Source of the DNA: Alphaproteobacteria bacterium
Lineage (GTDB): Bacteria > Pseudomonadota > Alphaproteobacteria > UBA828
Length of the DNA: 64,000 bases
Direction: 5' to 3'
NCBI GenBank assembly: GCA_965220745.1
Contig: CBDCQT010000011.1
Span: 160,001 to 224,000, forward strand
Shown: in pieces, positions 22,625 to 34,184 of the stretch
Layout: every line of letters starts with the position of its first letter
Position numbering within the stretch: position 1 is the stretch's first letter
Made by a program: the position numbers and the translations under genes
The notes under the pieces: model-generated
Told to the model about the DNA's origin: nothing
Databases searched by the model: none
What the model saw: the letters and a program-made list of their open reading frames with translations, nothing else

Positions 22625-23443
22625 CTATTTCACCGCGCCGAGCGCAAGGCCGCGCGCGATGTGTCGCTGGAGGAGGAACACGACGGCGATCATTGGCAAT
22701 AGCTGTATCACCGCGCCGGCGCTGAGCGAACCCCACAATACGTTGTAGAGGTCGATGGTCTTCTGCAGCGCGACCGGCATCGTCGTCGCCTTGTCGTAGG
22801 TGAGGAACAGCGCATAGAGATATTCGTTCCAACTGAAGACGAAGGTGAAGATGGCCGTGACCGCAATACCGGGCGCGGCCATCGGCAGAATTAATCGGAA
22901 GATAATCTGCAGCCAGCCTAGCCCGTCGAGCCGCGCCGCCTCCTCCACCTCCTTCGGCAAATCCAGCAGGAATCCGCGCAGAATCCAGACCGCGAACGGC
23001 AGCCCGAAGGCGACATAGACGACGATGAGCACGATTTGCGTATCGATCAAACCGAACCAGTTGGCCATCTTGAAGTAGGGCAGCACGACGACCACGCCTG
23101 GCATAAATCGCAATGAGAGTATGACAAGGGCCCAGGTATCGCCCCCCATGAGCCCCATGCGCGCAACCGCGTAGGCCGCAGGCAGCGCCAGAATCATCAC
23201 GATCAGGGTCGAGACGCCGACCGTGATCAGGCTGTTCAAGATCGCCCGGTCGAAGAGGAAGCGATCGAAAATCTCGACGTAGTGCTCGCCGGTTGGCTCG
23301 AACGAATAGAAGGTGGGCGTCGGGGCATTGATGACGTTGGTGGGCTTCACCGAGGTGAGCGCCACCCACAGCACCGGGATCAACCAGACGACGACGACGA
23401 GTACCGCGAGGATATTGATCGCGCGCGTGTAGATCGACGACAT
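22625..23443 (-). CDS. Carbohydrate ABC transporter permease (MalG-like)
   Basis: EEAARLDG loop, FVFSWNEYLYA, multiple TM segments. Confidence 0.9.
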   Translation of the reverse strand: MSSIYTRAINILAVLVVVVWLIPVLWVALTSVKPTNVINAPTPTFYSFEPTGEHYVEIFDRFLFDRAILNSLITVGVSTLIVMILALPAAYAVARMGLMGGDTWALVILSLRFMPGVVVVLPYFKMANWFGLIDTQIVLIVVYVAFGLPFAVWILRGFLLDLPKEVEEAARLDGLGWLQIIFRLILPMAAPGIAVTAIFTFVFSWNEYLYALFLTYDKATTMPVALQKTIDLYNVLWGSLSAGAVIQLLPMIAVVFLLQRHIARGLALGAVK

Positions 23444-24408
23444 CAGGGTTGGTCAGCGGCGCGCGCCGCCTTCTCCGTTCGGTAGAGCGTGTTGAGGAAT
23501 GCAAGCACGACGATGTTGATCAGGATCAGGATGAGGAAGCCGTAGGCCGCCATCAGGCCGAGATGGCCCTGCTCGAAGATGGTGTAGTCATAGACGCTCG
23601 CCATCAGCGTCGACGACCCCGGCCCGCCCTTGGTCATGATGAAGTTGAGATCGAAGATGCGGATCGAATCCACGAGCCGGATCAGGATCACCACCATGAT
23701 GACCGGGCGGATCAGCGGAATCACGATGCGCGTGTAGAAGGTGACGCCGCGCACCCGGTCGAGCCGCGCGGCCTCCGTAATCTCCGGCGAGATGCTCTGC
23801 ATGCCGGCCAGTAAAATCAGCGCGATGAAGGGCGTCCACTGCCAGCAGTCGACCAACATCAGCGTCATCAGCGCCGTATCCTTGTGCGAGAGCCAGGTCC
23901 ACTTCTCGAGGCCGAAGCCGGTGTTGAGGATCCAGTTGGCGAGGCCAGAGACCGGCTCGAAGATGAAGCGCCAGGTAAGCCCCATGGCGATGGGCGAGAT
24001 GAACACCGGGATGATGATGAGCGTGCGCAGGAGACCCGCGCCCTGCATCTTTCGGTCGAGCAGGACTGCGAGGAAGAAGCCGAGGACCATCTGGATCGAA
24101 ACGACGACGACGGCCCATATCACCGTCAGCTCGATGCTGTTCCAGAAGCGGCGGTCCTCAAACAGGTCGTTGTAGTTGCGCCAGCCGACGAAGCGCGCGA
24201 CGTCCGGGTTGTAGAGCGGGTCGACCTTGAAGGAGAGCGTGCCTGAGAAGATCAGGGGGAAAATTGCGAGTGCGAGCAGGACAATGACGCAAGGCGCGAG
24301 CAGCAGGTAAGCCGTGCGCCGCTGCTGCCGAGCGACGGCGCCCGGCCGCCCCTGTCGAGGCGGCCCGGCCGCTCGGGACGGCCGGGCCTCGACGGTAAGT
24401 GCGGTCAT
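23443..24408 (-). CDS. Carbohydrate ABC transporter permease (MalF-like)
   Basis: FVGWRNY, WQWTPF, EAARLD, MTKGGPG. Confidence 0.9.
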   Translation of the reverse strand: MTALTVEARPSRAAGPPRQGRPGAVARQQRRTAYLLLAPCVIVLLALAIFPLIFSGTLSFKVDPLYNPDVARFVGWRNYNDLFEDRRFWNSIELTVIWAVVVVSIQMVLGFFLAVLLDRKMQGAGLLRTLIIIPVFISPIAMGLTWRFIFEPVSGLANWILNTGFGLEKWTWLSHKDTALMTLMLVDCWQWTPFIALILLAGMQSISPEITEAARLDRVRGVTFYTRIVIPLIRPVIMVVILIRLVDSIRIFDLNFIMTKGGPGSSTLMASVYDYTIFEQGHLGLMAAYGFLILILINIVVLAFLNTLYRTEKAARAADQP

Positions 24409-24448
24409 GCCCGAGGCTCCGAGGAGCCCCTGGCCCTACACGCGATGG

Positions 24449-25873
24449 CTAGACGTAGCCGCTGTCCTCCATGATGCGCTGGGTCCGCTTCTCCATGGCG
24501 GCGAGCGCATCCTCGATGCTCTGCTCCTCGTTGACCGCGTCGGCGACCTCCTCGCCCATGGCACCCATGATGGCGTAGGCCTCCGGTATCACCGGCGCGT
24601 TCACCACGCAGACCGGATAGGCCTTCATGAGGCCCACAAAGAAGGGCTTGCGGTCGGACCAGCGGCTGAGCGTGGAACGCCGCGAGAGCTGGCCGCCGGC
24701 CCCCACGATCGCATCCGCGATCAGGGAACTGCCGCCCAGATCCTCGTTGTCGCCCGAGTTGAGGAACTTGATCCAGGCGAACGCGGTCTCGCGATTGCCG
24801 CCCCAGGTCGGCATGAACTGACCGAACCCGCCGGTAAGCGCGCGGTGCCCGCCCTTTTCCCCGGTGCCTCTCGGCGAGAGATCCATGTGCCAGTGCTCGT
24901 GCAGGTCGGTGTACGTCGGGTCGTTGAGCACCGCCGTGCCCCAGGTCAGCGGGCTGTAGAGCGCCGTGCCCTGGGCGAACACCAGGTTCACCTCGTCCTC
25001 GCCGGCATTGGCGGAGACCGGATGGGCGTACTTCTGGAGATCGACCAGCACCTTGAGCGCCTGGTAGCCCTCTTCGGTGTTGATCGCCACCGTCCAGTCC
25101 TGGTTGACCTCGTCCACAAAGACGTCGCCGCCCATGCTGCGCAGAGAGCCGTAGTACTGGTAGCCGGCCCAGAAGTTGCGCGCCATCGCCGCACAATAGG
25201 CGTAGCGCTCGTTGGCCGGGTCGTGGATCTCCTTGCAGGCGTCGATCACGTCGTCCCAGGTCTCCGGCACCGGGATGCCGGCGCTCTCGAAGACGTCCTT
25301 GCGATAGAAGGTCATCATCGCGTTGCCGTCCGGCGCTAGCGCTGCGATGTAGCCTGGCGGTGCCGGCCCCTTGGGCAGGTTCCACATGTGCCGGTAGGCC
25401 TCCGGCACATCCTGCTCGTAGTCCGCAAGCCAGTCTGGGAACGGCTCCAGGTAGGGGCCGAGGTCGGTCAGCGCGCCCATCGCGTCGAGGGCTGCGAACT
25501 GCGCGTGGTCCTGCGTGATGACATCGAACGCATCGCTCTTGGACCGCATGTAGGTGTTGATCTGGGTCAGCGCCTCGCTCATCGGCTTGGAGACGACCTC
25601 CAGCTCGACGTTGGGGAACACCTTGTCGAAGAGCGGCTTGACCGCCCTCAAGGAGTTCGCGAGCCGTTTGCCGGACGACGCGAAGTGGACGATGGTGCCG
25701 CCGACGTCGGCGTGCACCTCCTTCGGCACGAACTGCGACGCCAGCGTTGCGCCCAGTGCCGTCGCAGCTGAAGCCTTGAGCACCTGGCGGCGGGTCAGCT
25801 CCCGCTCGCGGAAGTGCTTTATGCGCTTCATCGCGCTGTCGTAGGCCCTGCTATCGTGGTCTGAATTCCGCAT
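24449..25873 (-). CDS. Extracellular solute-binding protein with Tat signal
   Basis: TRRQVLK twin-arginine motif, FYRKDVFE...PETWDD; first gene of the ABC operon. Confidence 0.85.
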   Translation of the reverse strand: MRNSDHDSRAYDSAMKRIKHFRERELTRRQVLKASAATALGATLASQFVPKEVHADVGGTIVHFASSGKRLANSLRAVKPLFDKVFPNVELEVVSKPMSEALTQINTYMRSKSDAFDVITQDHAQFAALDAMGALTDLGPYLEPFPDWLADYEQDVPEAYRHMWNLPKGPAPPGYIAALAPDGNAMMTFYRKDVFESAGIPVPETWDDVIDACKEIHDPANERYAYCAAMARNFWAGYQYYGSLRSMGGDVFVDEVNQDWTVAINTEEGYQALKVLVDLQKYAHPVSANAGEDEVNLVFAQGTALYSPLTWGTAVLNDPTYTDLHEHWHMDLSPRGTGEKGGHRALTGGFGQFMPTWGGNRETAFAWIKFLNSGDNEDLGGSSLIADAIVGAGGQLSRRSTLSRWSDRKPFFVGLMKAYPVCVVNAPVIPEAYAIMGAMGEEVADAVNEEQSIEDALAAMEKRTQRIMEDSGYV

Positions 25874-26053
25874 ATGCGCCTCCCCTAGGGTGTCTGCGTC
25901 GGGCAGATGGAAGCCTCCCCATCTGCAAAAACGCTAGCACGGATGACTCACCAGGGTCACGGCCTGCGTTCTCGTCCAAGCGCGTCTGTCCTTTCCGCAC
26001 GCGGCGTGTAGACTGCGCGCCGGCACGCACCTTCACGATTCGGGAGCAAGGCC

Positions 26054-26668
26054 TTGTTCAAATCCAGATTGCGGCGGCTCTCGGTCTTTCTCGCGCTTGC
26101 CGTCGCGGCGGGGAGCATGATGACTAACCAGACCGAGACCCAAGCCGACGAGGGCGCAAGCCCTCTCGTCACCTTCGAGACCACACACGGCTCGTTCTCC
26201 GTCGCGCTGGAGCCCGAATCCGCGCCCAAGACGGTCGAGAACTTCCTCACCTACGTGCGAGACGGGCACTACGACGGGACCATCTTCCACCGCATCATCG
26301 CGGGCTTCATGATCCAGGGCGGTGGCTACGACGAGCGTTACCAGCAGCTGCCGACCCGCGCGCCGATCGAGAACGAAGCGCCGGACGCACCGGGTAACGA
26401 CCGGGGAACGATCGCCATGGCGCGCACGGCCGATCCTCACTCCGCCACGGCGCAGTTCTTCATCAACGTGGTCGACAACGACTTCCTCAACCATCGCGGC
26501 AAGAACCCGCAAGGCTGGGGCTACGCCGCGTTCGGCCGGGTGGTCGACGGCATGGAGACGGTGGACCGCATTGCCGCGCTGCAGACCGGACCCGGCGGCC
26601 CGTTCCCGAGCGACGTGCCGAAAGAGGCCGTGGTCATCGAGAAAGTGACGGCGGGGCCCGGCGCCTGA
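26054..26668 (+). CDS. Cyclophilin-type peptidyl-prolyl isomerase
   Basis: APKTVENF, YDGTIFHRII, FMIQGGG, GTIAMART, SATAQFFIN, GYAAFGRV. Confidence 0.95.
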   Translation: MFKSRLRRLSVFLALAVAAGSMMTNQTETQADEGASPLVTFETTHGSFSVALEPESAPKTVENFLTYVRDGHYDGTIFHRIIAGFMIQGGGYDERYQQLPTRAPIENEAPDAPGNDRGTIAMARTADPHSATAQFFINVVDNDFLNHRGKNPQGWGYAAFGRVVDGMETVDRIAALQTGPGGPFPSDVPKEAVVIEKVTAGPGA

Positions 26669-26704
26669 CCGCCAAGCGCTGAACCTCGACCAGCGGTCCG
26701 GGCG

Positions 26705-28309
26705 ATGCAGGCCGACCATCAAGCGGACTACATCGTCGTCGGCGCCGGCTCGGCCGGGAGCGTCGTCGCCGCACGTCTCTCCGAGGACGGACGGCGGCGG
26801 GTGCTGCTGCTGGAAGCCGGCGGTTCGGACCGCCGCCTCGCCATCCTCATGCCGGCAGCAACCATGCTGCTGGCGATCACCAATCCACGTTACGACTGGC
26901 GCTTCATGGCGGAGCCGGACCCCACCCGCAACGGCCGCGCGGATTTCATGCCGCGCGGCAAGGTGCTGGGCGGCACCAGCTCGATCAACGCCACCTCGTT
27001 CATTCGGGGCGCGCCGGAGGATTACAATGGCTGGGCGGCGCTCGGCTGTCGAGGCTGGGACTTCGACACCGTGCTGCCCCACTTCCGCCGGCTGGAGGAT
27101 TACGAGGGCGGTGCCAACGAGTACCGTGGCACCGGCGGCCCGCTTTCGGTCTCCCACATCCGCTCGGTGCATCCGCTCTCCCGCGCCTTGATCGAGAGCT
27201 GCGTCAAGGCGGGCATGACGTTCCGGGAGGACATCAACCTCCCGCCGCAGATGGGCGTTGGGTACATGCAGGCCAGCCAGCGCAAGGGCTGGCGGCACAG
27301 CGCGTCGCGCGCGTATCTCTGGCCGGCCAAGGGCCGCGACAACCTGCGCATCGTGACCCACGCGCAGGCGCTGGGCCTCACGTTCGAGGGCACCCGCGCC
27401 ACGGGCGTCGAATACCTGCGCCGGGGCAAGCGCAGGCGCGCAATCGCCTCCAAAGCGGTCGTTCTTTGCGCGGGCAGCTTCGGCTCGCCGCAGCTTCTGA
27501 TGCTCTCTGGCGTCGGCCCTGCGACGCACCTGCGCGAGCACGGCATCGAGGTCCGCCACGATCTCCCCGGCGTCGGCGAGAACATGCAGGACCATGCCGG
27601 GATCAGCCAGACCATGTGGGTCAACCACACCACCTACAACGTGCAGACCGGGCCGCTCAGCGCAATGGTCTACGGCGCCCAGTGGCTGCTGACCGGTACC
27701 GGGCCCGGATCGACGCCCATCGCCCAGGTCTGCGGCTACAGACGCTGCGATCCCAGCAAGTCGCGCAGCCACGTACAGTATCTCTTCTCGCCGGCGGGCT
27801 ACGACTTGACCGAAGACGGGCCGGAGGTGTTCGAGAGGCCCGCGATTACGGGACTTACCAATCTGCACAGGCCCTATTCAGCCGGCACGGTGCGCCTCGC
27901 GTCCGCCGATCCGCTCAAGCAGCCTGCGATCCAGCCCAACCTCTTCGCCGACGAACGCGACATCGAAACCCTGATTCTGGGCTCTCGCTTCTTCCGCACG
28001 GTGCTCGAGAGCGAGCCCATCGCGGGCTACATCGTGGGCGAGCACCTGCCCGGCAAAGACGTGCAGAGCGACGACGAGTGGACCGACTACATCCGCGCCC
28101 ACGCCATGGGCGTCTATCACCCCGCCGGCACCTGCAAAATGGGGCATGACCCCATGGCGGTGGTGGACGACGGCCTCAAGGTGCACGGGCTTGACGGGCT
28201 CTACGTCGCCGATGCCTCGATCATGCCCACGGTCGTCAGTGCCAACCTCAACGCCACCTGCATTATGATCGGCGAGCGCGCGGCGGAGATGGTTCGCGCC
28301 GCCACGTGA
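26705..28309 (+). CDS. GMC-family oxidoreductase
   Basis: VGAGSAG, RGKVLGGTSSIN, SPQLLMLSGVG, VGENMQDH, YHPAGTCKMG, ADASIMP. Confidence 0.93.
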   Translation: MQADHQADYIVVGAGSAGSVVAARLSEDGRRRVLLLEAGGSDRRLAILMPAATMLLAITNPRYDWRFMAEPDPTRNGRADFMPRGKVLGGTSSINATSFIRGAPEDYNGWAALGCRGWDFDTVLPHFRRLEDYEGGANEYRGTGGPLSVSHIRSVHPLSRALIESCVKAGMTFREDINLPPQMGVGYMQASQRKGWRHSASRAYLWPAKGRDNLRIVTHAQALGLTFEGTRATGVEYLRRGKRRRAIASKAVVLCAGSFGSPQLLMLSGVGPATHLREHGIEVRHDLPGVGENMQDHAGISQTMWVNHTTYNVQTGPLSAMVYGAQWLLTGTGPGSTPIAQVCGYRRCDPSKSRSHVQYLFSPAGYDLTEDGPEVFERPAITGLTNLHRPYSAGTVRLASADPLKQPAIQPNLFADERDIETLILGSRFFRTVLESEPIAGYIVGEHLPGKDVQSDDEWTDYIRAHAMGVYHPAGTCKMGHDPMAVVDDGLKVHGLDGLYVADASIMPTVVSANLNATCIMIGERAAEMVRAAT

Positions 28310-28347
28310 TTATCGCCGCCGGAAAGAACCTCCAGGGAGGACCCCCC

Positions 28348-28656
28348 ATGCCCTTTGCTCTCGCCGCCACGCTCAGGATCAAGAAGAAGCACGTCGCCGA
28401 ATTCACCCGGCTGGTGAAGCGCCACGCCAACAACACCGTCACCAAGGAGCCAGGCTGCATCAGCTTCGAGGTCAGCGTCGACCGCGACGACCCGCGACGC
28501 TTCATCTTCTACGAGGTCTACGTCGAGGAGGCCGATTTCGACGCCCACTGCGAGACGCCTTGGCTCAAGCGCCAGATGGAGCGGACGGCCCATATGATCG
28601 ATGGTGAGGTGGAGATGGTGGGCTTCGGCCACCGCATTGCCGCACCCAACAAGTAG
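28348..28656 (+). CDS. ABM/quinol monooxygenase-family protein
   Basis: EPGCISFEV, FIFYEVY, FDAHCETP; SD GGAGG upstream. Confidence 0.8.
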   Translation: MPFALAATLRIKKKHVAEFTRLVKRHANNTVTKEPGCISFEVSVDRDDPRRFIFYEVYVEEADFDAHCETPWLKRQMERTAHMIDGEVEMVGFGHRIAAPNK

Positions 28657-28695
28657 CGTCCCGCCCACTGCCGGCCGCACGGCGCCGGCCGGGCA

Positions 28696-30693
<1,998 letters not shown>

Positions 30694-30709
30694 CGCCGCC
30701 TCTCGTCCT

Positions 30710-32242
30710 CTACAACGGGATGTTCCCGTGCTTCTTCCACGGGTTCTCCAGCCGCTTGGTACGCAGTGTCTCAAAGGCTCGGGCGACGCGGGCGCGGGTC
30801 TCCTGCGGGCGAATCACATCGTCGATGAAGCCACGGCTTGCAGCGACGAAGGGGTTGGCGAAGGTGCGGCGGTATTCCTCTGTCTTGGCCTCGACGGCGG
30901 CGGGGTCGTCAAGCGAGCCGCGGAAGATGATCTCCACCGCGCCTTGGGGACCCATGACCGCGATCTCCGCCGTGGGCCACGCGTAGTTGAGGTCGCCACG
31001 CAGGTGTTTCGACGCCATCACGTCATAGGCGCCACCATAGGCCTTGCGCGTGATCACCGTGACCTTGGGCACCGTCGCCTCGGCGTAGGCGTAGAGCAGC
31101 TTCGAGCCGTGGGTGATGATGCCGCCGTATTCCTGGTCTGTGCCGGGCAGGAATCCCGGCACGTCGACGAAGGTAAGCAGTGGGATGTTGAAGCAATCGC
31201 AGAAGCGGACAAAGCGCCCCGCCTTGCGCGACGATGCGATGTCGAGGCAGCCGGCGAGCACGGTCGGCTGGTTTGCGACGATGCCAATGGTGCTTCCCCC
31301 GATCCGGCCGAAGCCGGTGATGATGTTCTGCGCATACGCGGGCTTCAGCTCGAAGAAGTCGCCCTCGTCAACCACCTTCGCGATCAGCTCCTTCATGTCG
31401 TATGGCTGGTTGGGGTTGGCCGGCACCAGCCTGTCGAGCGAGGGCTCCACGCGAGTCACAGGGTCCGTGGTTGGCCACGTGGGCGGCTGCTCACGGTTGT
31501 TGGCGGGCAGGAAGTCGATGAAGCGCCGGGTCTCGGCCAGCGCCTCGACATCGTTCTCGAAGGATTGGTCGGCGACGCCGGAGCGGCCGGTGTGAGTGCC
31601 CGCGCCGCCCAGTTCCTCGTGGGTCACCACTTCGTGGGTGACGGTCTTCACCACATCCGGCCCGGTCACGAACATGTAGGCGCTGTCCGCAACCATGAAG
31701 ATCGCATCGGTCATGGCGGGCGAGTAAACCGCGCCGCCGGCGCAGGGGCCCATGACGACCGAGACCTGGGGCACCACGCCCGACGCCAGCACGTTGCGTT
31801 GAAACACCTCGGCATAGCCAGCAAGCGAGGCCACGCCCTCGTGAATTCGCGCGCCGCCAGAATCGTTGAGTCCCACGACCGGCGCGCCCACCCGCATGGC
31901 GTGGTCCATGATCTTGCAGATCTTCTCCGCATGCGCCTCGCTCAGCGAGCCTCCGAACACGGTAAAGTCCTGGCTGAAGACGAAGACCAAGCGCCCGTTG
32001 ATGGTGCCGCGCCCGGTGACGACGCCATCGCCTGGCACCCGTTGCTCGGCCATGCCGAAGTCCGAGGAGCGGTGCTCGACGAACATGTCGTATTCCTCGA
32101 ACGAGCCGTCGTCGAGCAACAACTCCAGACGTTCGCGGGCGGTGAGCTTGCCCTTGGCGTGCTGCCGCTCGATCCGCGCCTCGCCGCCACCCAACCGGGC
32201 GCGGGCGCGGCGCTCCTCAAGCGTGCGCAGGATGTCGTCCAT
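30710..32242 (-). CDS. pccB: Propionyl-CoA carboxylase beta subunit
   Basis: [44 protein letters not shown]. Confidence 0.92.
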   Translation of the reverse strand: MDDILRTLEERRARARLGGGEARIERQHAKGKLTARERLELLLDDGSFEEYDMFVEHRSSDFGMAEQRVPGDGVVTGRGTINGRLVFVFSQDFTVFGGSLSEAHAEKICKIMDHAMRVGAPVVGLNDSGGARIHEGVASLAGYAEVFQRNVLASGVVPQVSVVMGPCAGGAVYSPAMTDAIFMVADSAYMFVTGPDVVKTVTHEVVTHEELGGAGTHTGRSGVADQSFENDVEALAETRRFIDFLPANNREQPPTWPTTDPVTRVEPSLDRLVPANPNQPYDMKELIAKVVDEGDFFELKPAYAQNIITGFGRIGGSTIGIVANQPTVLAGCLDIASSRKAGRFVRFCDCFNIPLLTFVDVPGFLPGTDQEYGGIITHGSKLLYAYAEATVPKVTVITRKAYGGAYDVMASKHLRGDLNYAWPTAEIAVMGPQGAVEIIFRGSLDDPAAVEAKTEEYRRTFANPFVAASRGFIDDVIRPQETRARVARAFETLRTKRLENPWKKHGNIPL

Positions 32243-32352
32243 CGCCTCCCTTCTCGGTGCCGCGCGGAATTATGCGTCCGCGTCAGCCTCTGCCTCTTAG
32301 CACGAAACGGCCCGACCCGGCGACCGGACGGTGCGAGCGGACGCCGAACCGG

Positions 32353-33555
32353 TCAGTTGCGCACGATGTTGTGCGCCGGTCCGTAGGGGAATCCGGTGAT
32401 GTCCTCGGCACCGTCCTCGGTCACCACTAGGATGTCGTGCTCGCGGTAGCCGCCGGCGCCGGGCTCGCCCTCCGGAATCATGATCATCGGCTCCATGGAC
32501 ACCACCATGTTGGGCTCCAGAACGGTCGGCACGTCCTCGCGCAGCTCCAGGCCAGCCTCGCGACCGTAATAGTGGCAGAGCACGCCGAAGCTGTGGCCAT
32601 AGCCGAATGTGCGGTTCGGGAGCAGGCCATGGCGCTCATAGATCGTGTTGAGCGCGGCGGCGATATCGCAGCAGCGCGCGCCGGGCTTGATCAGCGCAAT
32701 TCCCGCCTCGTGCACCTCGACGTTGATGTTCCAGAGCCGCAGGTGCGCGTCCGAGCACTCTTCGGCGAAGAGCGTCCGCTCCAGCGCCGTATAGTAGCCC
32801 GCCGGCATGGGGAAGCAGTTGAGGCTTAGGATGTCGCCGCGCTCGATCCGGCGCGATGTCACTGGGTTGTGGGCGCCGTCAGTGTTGATGCCGGACTGGA
32901 ACCAGGTCCAGGTGTCCATCAGCTCCACGTGGGGCTGGCGTTGGCCGATCTCGCGCACCATGGCCTGGGTCGCGTGGAGCGCCACCTCGTATTCGGGCAC
33001 GCCGACGGCGATCGCCTCCACGCAGGCGGCGCCGCCGATGTCGGCGATGCGCGCGCTCTCGCGAATCCAGGCAATCTCCTCGTCGGACTTCACCATGCGC
33101 ATGCGCATGGTGGGCTTGCTCACGTCGATCAGCTCCGCTGTGGGCAGGGCACCTTGCAGCTTGCGCAGGTTCTCGACGCTGATGTGATCGAACTCAATGC
33201 CGACGCGCCAGCCATCCTGAATCAGCTGCTTAACTGCGACGAAGTAGTTATCCCGGTGCCAGTCGGTATAGACCAGATTGTCGCCGAAGGTGCGCCGCCA
33301 GGGCTGCCCGGCGTCGATGTTGGCCGAGATCGTGGTCTGGGTCTCCTGCGTGACCACCAGGCCGTAGTTTCGGCCGAAGGAGCAGTAGAGGAAGTCGCTG
33401 AAGTAGTTGATGTTGTGATACGAGGTGAACAGGCAGGCGTCGATCTGCTTTTCTGCCATATGAGCGCGCAAGGCCGAGAGCCGGCGATTCATCTCGTTTG
33501 GCGAGAATGTCGGCCTGACCTTCTCGCCGTTTTGGATCCTTTTCAGTTGCTCCAT
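32353..33555 (-). CDS. Creatinase (creatine amidinohydrolase, M24 fold)
   Basis: NGEKVRPTFS, SYHNINYFSDFLYCSFGR, TWTWFQSGINTDGAHNP, HYYGREAGLELRED, GGYREHDIL. Confidence 0.92.
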   Translation of the reverse strand: MEQLKRIQNGEKVRPTFSPNEMNRRLSALRAHMAEKQIDACLFTSYHNINYFSDFLYCSFGRNYGLVVTQETQTTISANIDAGQPWRRTFGDNLVYTDWHRDNYFVAVKQLIQDGWRVGIEFDHISVENLRKLQGALPTAELIDVSKPTMRMRMVKSDEEIAWIRESARIADIGGAACVEAIAVGVPEYEVALHATQAMVREIGQRQPHVELMDTWTWFQSGINTDGAHNPVTSRRIERGDILSLNCFPMPAGYYTALERTLFAEECSDAHLRLWNINVEVHEAGIALIKPGARCCDIAAALNTIYERHGLLPNRTFGYGHSFGVLCHYYGREAGLELREDVPTVLEPNMVVSMEPMIMIPEGEPGAGGYREHDILVVTEDGAEDITGFPYGPAHNIVRN

Positions 33556-33812
33556 CGTCCTCACCTTGAACGTTGATAATGATCGTGCTGCCAGGCACGC
33601 GACACCGTCAATGTTGCAGCACGCGCTGCTGCACGCAGACCGTAATTCTCAATACGGGCGCAGGTTGCGCAAGGCTAGGCTGTGCCATCGTCGAGCCGTG
33701 ACTTGCGCGTCGGTGTGTGTCTGCGCGTGCCCGCGCAGATGGCGCCAACCGCCTAGTATACGAGGCCAAAGCCACACCGCCATTCTTCGCCGGAATACGA
33801 TTTTTTCCTGAG

Positions 33813-33829
33813 AATTGGTCAATCCAATT
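33813..33829. promoter_or_regulatory. FadR/GntR-type (PdhR/LldR-like) operator palindrome
   Basis: AATTGGTCAATCCAATT differs at one position from AATTGGTnnnACCAATT and lies in a divergent intergenic region. Confidence 0.55.
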
Positions 33830-33902
33830 AGAGACTTTTGCCAACAGAGATGATATGGTCGCGAGACACGGCCCGTAACTTACAACCACAGAAGGCAAGT
33901 CG

Positions 33903-34184
33903 ATGGCTCAGAACTCTTCCTCCCGGATTGACGAGAGCGCCCTGACCAAGGGACAGCGCCGCAAACTCAATGCGCTCAGAAAATCCGTCGGCGACGAGGT
34001 CGGGGAGCGCGCGTTTGCCGAATGGCTCGCGACACGACCGGTGGCAAAGTCCGACGAGAATGCGACGTTGATCGTCGATACGCTTTGGCCGCTCGTCCAA
34101 CAGGGTAAGTTGGCAATCCCGAGGGGCGGCTATTTGCTCAGGCGGGGTCGCGGCCGGATCATCGTGGAACCGGCCAAGCAGTAA
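33903..34184 (+). CDS. Small basic hypothetical protein (93 aa)
   Basis: ATG preceded by GAAGG; possible extended -10 TGATATGGT at 33851-33859; protein-like composition; no family recognised. Confidence 0.8.
   Translation: MAQNSSSRIDESALTKGQRRKLNALRKSVGDEVGERAFAEWLATRPVAKSDENATLIVDTLWPLVQQGKLAIPRGGYLLRRGRGRIIVEPAKQ

Noticed and set aside
25903-25926. Hairpin GCAGATGG-N8-CCATCTGC as a terminator
   Set aside because: No U-tract follows it on either strand, and it lies in a divergent promoter region. At most it is a leader hairpin.
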